64,000 nt of DNA from an uncultured bacterium (GTDB lineage Bacteria; Verrucomicrobiota; Kiritimatiellia; CAIVKH01), in the NCBI GenBank assembly GCA_937958885.1, contig CALGMT010000013.1, forward strand, positions 14,314 through 78,313, given 5' to 3'. This document shows positions 58,820-64,000 of this stretch, one piece after another. Positions within the stretch are counted from its first letter, which is position 1, and each line of letters starts with the position of its first letter. The notes under the pieces are model-generated. The model had not been told where the DNA came from and did no database searches. It saw only the letters and a program-made list of their open reading frames with translations. A program made the translations under genes and the position numbers.

Positions 58820-59809
58820 TTAGTTGACGCGAATCGGGACGTCGATCACACCGCTCGCGCGCGAGTGGATCCGCAATACGCGTCCGTTCATCTCGCGGTT
58901 CGGCACCAGATTGCTGAGCTGAATTCGCAGCCCGTTCGCGCCGAACGGCTGGGTCACCACGTGCACAGAGGGATCGGGCGGCTCGACGCCGTCGATCTCG
59001 ACGGGCGCGCCGTCGGCGTTGCGGAGGAGCACGAATCGCGAGACGGGCGCGTCGGCGGGTTGGTCGAACACAATCTCGCGCGGCGCGACGATGACCTCGC
59101 GGGCGGCAATAAAGGTGACGGGCACCTCAATGGCGTCGCGCTTCGGGTGATCTGTGCGGATCACGACCCTGGCGTGGAAGGCGCCGCCTTCGAGCGGGTC
59201 GTTGAGCGCGAGGTCCACGCGATAGGCTTTGCGGTCCTCAACGGTGTGAACGTGCGCTTGAAGCTGCTCCGACGTGGACTCGACTGCGGTGATGCTGTAT
59301 TCGCCGCCATCGCCGCTTGAAAGAAACACACTCGCCGTCGGCCGGCTGCCGGGAACGACGCGGGGTTGGGTGATTTGGGGCGGCTGAACGTTGATCGCCG
59401 ATCCGACGACGCCCCGAAGCGTGAGGACCAGTTGCCGTGTCTGCGGGTCGTTTGAATCAATCACAATTGTTTTCTGCTGCGGCCCGCTGCGCCCCTGGAG
59501 GGAGAGACGCGAGGAAATCTGCGACTCGCCGCCGGGCGGGATGCTCTGGCTGGAGATATTCGCGACGGTGCATCCGCAGGAGGCATGAACCCGCGAGATT
59601 TCAAGCGTGAGCGTGCCCTCGTTGCGAATGGTGAACGTGTGTTCGACCACCGTGGAGGCGTCCACGGTTCCGTAGTCAAAGACCGGCTCGTCGCAGACGA
59701 TGCGGGGGGCATTGGTTGTGCCGGGCTGTTGAGCCAGGCCCCGCGCGGGGGCGGCGGCCAAAAGGACGGCCATGGACAAGGGAAGCAACAGAGTGCGGAT
59801 GGCATGCAT
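58820..59809 (-). CDS. DUF1573 (Ig-like) secreted protein
   Basis: Signal peptide; FDYG.V, H.F.I.N.G...L.I..V.ASCGCT, IPPG, SNDP. Confidence 0.85.
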   Translation of the reverse strand: MHAIRTLLLPLSMAVLLAAAPARGLAQQPGTTNAPRIVCDEPVFDYGTVDASTVVEHTFTIRNEGTLTLEISRVHASCGCTVANISSQSIPPGGESQISSRLSLQGRSGPQQKTIVIDSNDPQTRQLVLTLRGVVGSAINVQPPQITQPRVVPGSRPTASVFLSSGDGGEYSITAVESTSEQLQAHVHTVEDRKAYRVDLALNDPLEGGAFHARVVIRTDHPKRDAIEVPVTFIAAREVIVAPREIVFDQPADAPVSRFVLLRNADGAPVEIDGVEPPDPSVHVVTQPFGANGLRIQLSNLVPNREMNGRVLRIHSRASGVIDVPIRVN

Positions 59810-59869
59810 ACAAATTAAGATACCTAATTTCGCCGCGCGTTCAATCGCAGGATGCGCTTGGCGGAGGGT

Positions 59870-61141
59870 TCATGGAAGGGCCCCGGCTGCGCCGAGGGCG
59901 AGCAGCTTCTCGTGGATGCGCTGTGCGATGAACTCGAGGCCGGGCTGCTCGAAGTGAATGCCGTCGGCGGAGAAGAGGGCGTCGTATGTGGGGTCGTCCA
60001 TGATCGAGGCGAGATCGAGCAGCTCCGCGCCGGTCGCGGCGGCGACCTCGCGCACGATGGCCACGTAGTCTTGGTGTGCGCGATTGCCATCCTCGATGCT
60101 GTGCACACTGCGGCCGCGCACCGCGCCGGGGGTCAGGGTCCGGCTTGGCGCGGTGATCAGGATCGGCACGGCATCGATCGCGCGCACCTCCTCGATAAAT
60201 CGGGTCAGCGTGGCGCGAAAAAGCTCGGGCGGGACTCTGAAGGTTTTGTTGTCTTCCGTCTCCTCGGCATCGTGCGCGCGCTGGCGCACGGCTCGCGCGA
60301 GCGCGCCGAACATGCGTTTCTTTTGAAGACCGGCAGTCAGATTGGCGCGCAGCGGATGCAGGCGCACGGCCATGCGGAGGTGATCGGGTTGCTTGTGCAG
60401 CCAGTGATCGTTCCAGCCATAATAAAGGGTGACCACGTCGGGCTGAAAGTTGCGGACGGTCAACTGAAATTGACGCAACCCCTGCATCGAGGAGTATCCG
60501 TAAACGCCGGTGTTGCAGGCCTGCCAAGGCGCGGGCGTGGGAGGGGCCGATTGAAGCAACATGTGCAGCAGGACGCTATAGGGCGGCTTGCCTTGCGCGG
60601 TGCAGGAATCGCCCATCGCGATCACGCGCCGGGTGCCCGGCAGCTTTCCCGCCGCAAATTCCTGATCGCGAAATCCAAGGCTGTTGATGGTGATGCCGTC
60701 CCAATCAATTCCGGGCGCGAATCGCCACAACAGTTCGGGATCCTCAATCACTTTTTCGTCGCCCGGTCTGGGAAGGGAATCGATGTTTTCCTGCCCGCGG
60801 ATCACGATCGGCGATGCCGCCTCCGGTTCGACGCCTGCCAGGGCGAGCGCCCCTTCCAGCGCGATAAAGAATCCCCAAGTGGCCAACCAGGAGGCGGCGC
60901 ATTTTTTCATTAACGGTCGCGACAGAAATCCGCCGGGAATCCCGCGGCTGCGATTCCACGCGCGTGCGGCAAAGAGCAGAAGGGGCACAAGGATGGGCTT
61001 CCACCCCCAACGGATGGACAAGGAGATCGGACCGCTCTCGATTCGGAAGGGATCAAACAGCCACGCCATCGGCAACGCGACGAGAGCAAGAAGCAATGCG
61101 TAGTCGAGTAGCCCAGCCAGTCGTTTCATGTGGCGGCGCAC
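59870..61141 (-). CDS. Membrane-anchored SGNH/GDSL hydrolase
   Basis: INSLGFRD, MGDS, GV.GYSS.QG, GWND, DGIH. Confidence 0.9.
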   Translation of the reverse strand: MRRHMKRLAGLLDYALLLALVALPMAWLFDPFRIESGPISLSIRWGWKPILVPLLLFAARAWNRSRGIPGGFLSRPLMKKCAASWLATWGFFIALEGALALAGVEPEAASPIVIRGQENIDSLPRPGDEKVIEDPELLWRFAPGIDWDGITINSLGFRDQEFAAGKLPGTRRVIAMGDSCTAQGKPPYSVLLHMLLQSAPPTPAPWQACNTGVYGYSSMQGLRQFQLTVRNFQPDVVTLYYGWNDHWLHKQPDHLRMAVRLHPLRANLTAGLQKKRMFGALARAVRQRAHDAEETEDNKTFRVPPELFRATLTRFIEEVRAIDAVPILITAPSRTLTPGAVRGRSVHSIEDGNRAHQDYVAIVREVAAATGAELLDLASIMDDPTYDALFSADGIHFEQPGLEFIAQRIHEKLLALGAAGALP

Positions 61142-61304
61142 ACTATCGGGGATTCCCCGAATGGCAAGCCCAATCGCCGCTCGCCTCCCGCGCGGCTACC
61201 CGATAGGAAGCGGATGAGTGAGCGCCACATAAAATAAAGCGCCCGGCGACGCGGAACTTGAATCGACTTTCGCGCCGTGCGGGGGTCGCGCATACTCCTT
61301 TTGC

Positions 61305-63065
61305 ATGCGCCATCTTTCACGAATCGCGCGATGGACCGTCGGTCTCGCCTTCCTCGCCGCCGCGCCGGCGCGCGGGCAGGATGACGCGGCCTACCGCGTG
61401 CGTTTCCGCGATGCGCCGGAACGCGGGATCGTTCGGATGCTGCGCGAACACTGCGAAACCTATTCGCTGCGCGATCGACCGCCGCCGACCGACACGCTGT
61501 TGCGGCGGCGCGCGGAACAGGACCTGCCGATTGTGCGCGACGTGCTTCGCGCGGCGGGATATTATGGAGCCGATCCGCGCGTAGAGTTGATCGCCTCAAC
61601 GCCGCGCCGCGTGGTGTTTCATCTGAACCCCGGCCCGCGCTACCGGCTCGGAGAGGTCGAACGCGTCGCAGCGATTCCGACCCTTGCGCGCCTCCGCGCG
61701 ATGGGCTGGAGTCGGCATATGCCCGCGCGCGCGGCGGCGCTGCTCGCCGCCGAGCAGGAATGGCTCGCCCACGTGCACGCGCAAGGCTATCCATTCGCGA
61801 AATATACGCTGCGTCGCTACACGCTCGACCACGAAGCGCGCCGCGTGCATGTCCGCCTCGAAATCGATCCGGGCCCCGCGGCGGTTTGGGGCGCCATATC
61901 GGTGACGGGCGCCGTCCGCGTACGCGAGGGGTTTCTACGGGATGAACTCTCTCTCGCGCCGGGCGCGCGCTATGACCCCGCTCGGCTCGATGAGAGCCGC
62001 GCCCGATTGATCCGCCTCGGGCTCTTCTCGTCTGTGGCGCTCGCGCCGGCCGCGGAAGTGGACGAGGAGGGTCGGCTCCCCGTCGAACTTGCTGTGCGCG
62101 AGCGGCGCCCGCGCACGATCGCGGCGGGCGTCCGCTACACAACCGACGAAGGGTGGGGCGCGCGCGGCGAGTGGGAGCATCGCAACCTCGGCGGTCGCGC
62201 CGAGCGCCTGCGTCTTTCCGCGGACTACGGCGAGTCCGCCCGCGCGCTGGAGGCGCGGCTCGCGATGCCGCAGTTCGGCCGTCCGCGTCAGCGACTCCTG
62301 CTCACCGCGCGCGCGGCGGATGAAACGCCGGACGCCTACAGCAGCCGCAGTTTTCGCTCCAGCGCGATGTTGGAACGCGAATGGAGGCAATTGCTCTGGG
62401 TCCGCGGCGGCGCGGCGTTCCGCTTGAGCGAGGTGGATCAATTCGACGAAGACAGAAACTTCGTGTTTCTTTCGCTCCCGTTCGAGACGGACTGGAACAC
62501 GAGCGGAAATCCGCTCGATCCGCGCGGCGGGTTCCGGCTGTTTGCCCGCGCCGAACCGTTCTTCGATGTCGAACAAAAAGATCGCGGCTTCTTCAAGTCG
62601 GCCTTCACGCTGAATCGATATCAACAACTGAACCGCGAGCGCACCTGGCTGCTCGCCGGTCGTGTGACCGCGGGATCTATCGCGGGCACCAGCGCGAGCC
62701 GAGTGCCGGCAGACGAACGCTTTTATGCGGGCGGCGGCGGCTCGGTTCGCGGGTACGCCTATCAAACCGTCGGACCGTTGCGCGACGGGGAACCGCTCGG
62801 CGGCCGATCGCTGCTCGAGGTCTCCGGCGAGCTGCGCGCGCAGGCGACCGAGTCGCTGGGATTCGTGCTCTTCCTCGACGGCGGCACGGCCTACGAGAAA
62901 AATGTGCCGGACTTCGACGAACCGTTTCGCTGGGGCGGCGGCGTCGGAGTCCGCTATTTTACCGCGGTCGGCCCGCTCCGCGCGGATATCGCGTTTCCGT
63001 TCGACCGGCGGCGCGAGTTCGACAAGGCCTATCAATTTTATCTGAGCCTCGGACAGGCGTTCTAA
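61305..63065 (+). CDS. tamA: Autotransporter assembly factor TamA (Omp85 family)
   Basis: POTRA-like repeats (GYY, GYPFA, LGLFSSV), RFYAGGGGSVRGY, terminal YLSLGQAF. Confidence 0.88.
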   Translation: MRHLSRIARWTVGLAFLAAAPARGQDDAAYRVRFRDAPERGIVRMLREHCETYSLRDRPPPTDTLLRRRAEQDLPIVRDVLRAAGYYGADPRVELIASTPRRVVFHLNPGPRYRLGEVERVAAIPTLARLRAMGWSRHMPARAAALLAAEQEWLAHVHAQGYPFAKYTLRRYTLDHEARRVHVRLEIDPGPAAVWGAISVTGAVRVREGFLRDELSLAPGARYDPARLDESRARLIRLGLFSSVALAPAAEVDEEGRLPVELAVRERRPRTIAAGVRYTTDEGWGARGEWEHRNLGGRAERLRLSADYGESARALEARLAMPQFGRPRQRLLLTARAADETPDAYSSRSFRSSAMLEREWRQLLWVRGGAAFRLSEVDQFDEDRNFVFLSLPFETDWNTSGNPLDPRGGFRLFARAEPFFDVEQKDRGFFKSAFTLNRYQQLNRERTWLLAGRVTAGSIAGTSASRVPADERFYAGGGGSVRGYAYQTVGPLRDGEPLGGRSLLEVSGELRAQATESLGFVLFLDGGTAYEKNVPDFDEPFRWGGGVGVRYFTAVGPLRADIAFPFDRRREFDKAYQFYLSLGQAF

Positions 63066-64000
63066 ATGAAACGCGTTGCGATCATCCTTCTCGCGCTTGC
63101 CGCCGTCGCGGCCGCTCTCGCGGCGTGGCTGCTCCGCCTGCCGGCGGGACAGGCGCGCTTGGAAGCCCTCCTGCGCGCGCAATTGCCGGAGTCGGTCGAA
63201 ATCGGCGGCCTCTCCGGCCGCCTGCCGTTCGCCGGACGCGCGGCGGACGTGGCGCTGCGCGACGAAGAGGGCGTTTGGCTCGAGGCCGAGGATGTCGAGT
63301 GGCGCATCGTGCGCCGATCGCTGTTGCGCCGTGAACTCGTGGTGCGCCAAGTGGATATCCGACGACTCTTCATTCATCGCGCACCGATTTCACCTGCGGC
63401 CCGCAACAGCGGCGAAGCGCCCGATACGCTCATCTGGCCGTTTTGGATTCAAAATGCGACGGTCGAGGAGTTGCACGTCGGAGCGGCGCTGAGCGGCGAG
63501 CCGTTTGCCGGTCGATTACTGGCCACTTTTAAGATGGAAAGCAACGCGTGGACGGCTGTCGCATCGCTTTCTACCGAGTGGCGCGGTGAACCGGTATTCG
63601 TCGTCGGCTCCGCGAAACAGACCGCAGAGACGGGGCTGATCCACGTGCGTCAGGTCGAGGCGGAAGGGATTCGTCTCGAGGGGAGCGGGATGTGGCGCCC
63701 GCGTGAGGAGTTCCGATTTTCCGGAACGTTTTCCAACGCGCCGCTCGTCGCACGGCTCGCGACATTGGACGCCGCCGGCACGGGTTCGGTCGAAGGCGTC
63801 GTTTCGTGGAGCGGCGCGACACGCGTCGATGCGCGCATATCGGCGTCCGGCTGGGCTGGATATGGGCTCTCCAACGGGGTTCTCGAGGCCGAAGGCGTTT
63901 GGCGCGGAGGCGGGGTCGGTTGGAGCGCTGTCATCCGTGACGCACACGCAGAATACGCGGGCGAGCCTATCCGCGTCGCCTTGCCCGCGCGCGTCGGTTC
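63066..64000 (+). CDS. tamB: TamB/AsmA-like protein, N-terminal part (3'-partial; absent from the ORF track)
   Basis: ATG directly after the tamA stop; MKRVAIILLALAAVAAALAAWLL...VEIGGLSGRLP...LRDEEGVWLEAEDV.W; runs off the window. Confidence 0.75.
   Translation, partial: MKRVAIILLALAAVAAALAAWLLRLPAGQARLEALLRAQLPESVEIGGLSGRLPFAGRAADVALRDEEGVWLEAEDVEWRIVRRSLLRRELVVRQVDIRRLFIHRAPISPAARNSGEAPDTLIWPFWIQNATVEELHVGAALSGEPFAGRLLATFKMESNAWTAVASLSTEWRGEPVFVVGSAKQTAETGLIHVRQVEAEGIRLEGSGMWRPREEFRFSGTFSNAPLVARLATLDAAGTGSVEGVVSWSGATRVDARISASGWAGYGLSNGVLEAEGVWRGGGVGWSAVIRDAHAEYAGEPIRVALPARVG

Overview
GC-rich bacterial chromosomal segment, mostly housekeeping and cell-envelope genes. The PEP-CTERM protein, the H-X9-DG prepilin and the DxDGDG..E..AGTDP motif suggest a Verrucomicrobiota/Kiritimatiellia-like PVC host (inference). 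Contents: an LPS/glycan cluster (kinase-TIM-barrel fusion, LpxL-type acyltransferase, GT2, GT4, ArnT-like, murJ); a PEP-CTERM / prepilin / lamin-tail protein / ABC importer / secreted protein cassette; polyprenyl-sugar synthases; def, hrpB, der; a serpin; a degenerate ApbE; queE/queC/folE/queG; a hybrid kinase; an srlD-like pseudogene; tRNA-Lys(TTT); psd-pssA; a UDPGP-family UGPase; a topoisomerase VI A subunit with no B subunit in the window; sucCD; a carbamoyltransferase; ilvBN; tamAB. No integrase, transposase, cas gene or rRNA was seen. The most unusual signals are: (1) a dispersed, same-orientation doublet of TTTTTACAGAGCATGGAA with an exact 31-bp period at three unrelated loci; (2) a ~240-bp tandem repeat carrying REP-like hairpins between queG and a MauE-family gene; (3) an isolated Top6A/Spo11-family gene coupled to a membrane protein; (4) a sugar kinase fused to a GH-A-like barrel apparently lacking the acid/base Glu. 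All calls come from reading motifs by eye; no database searches were run.
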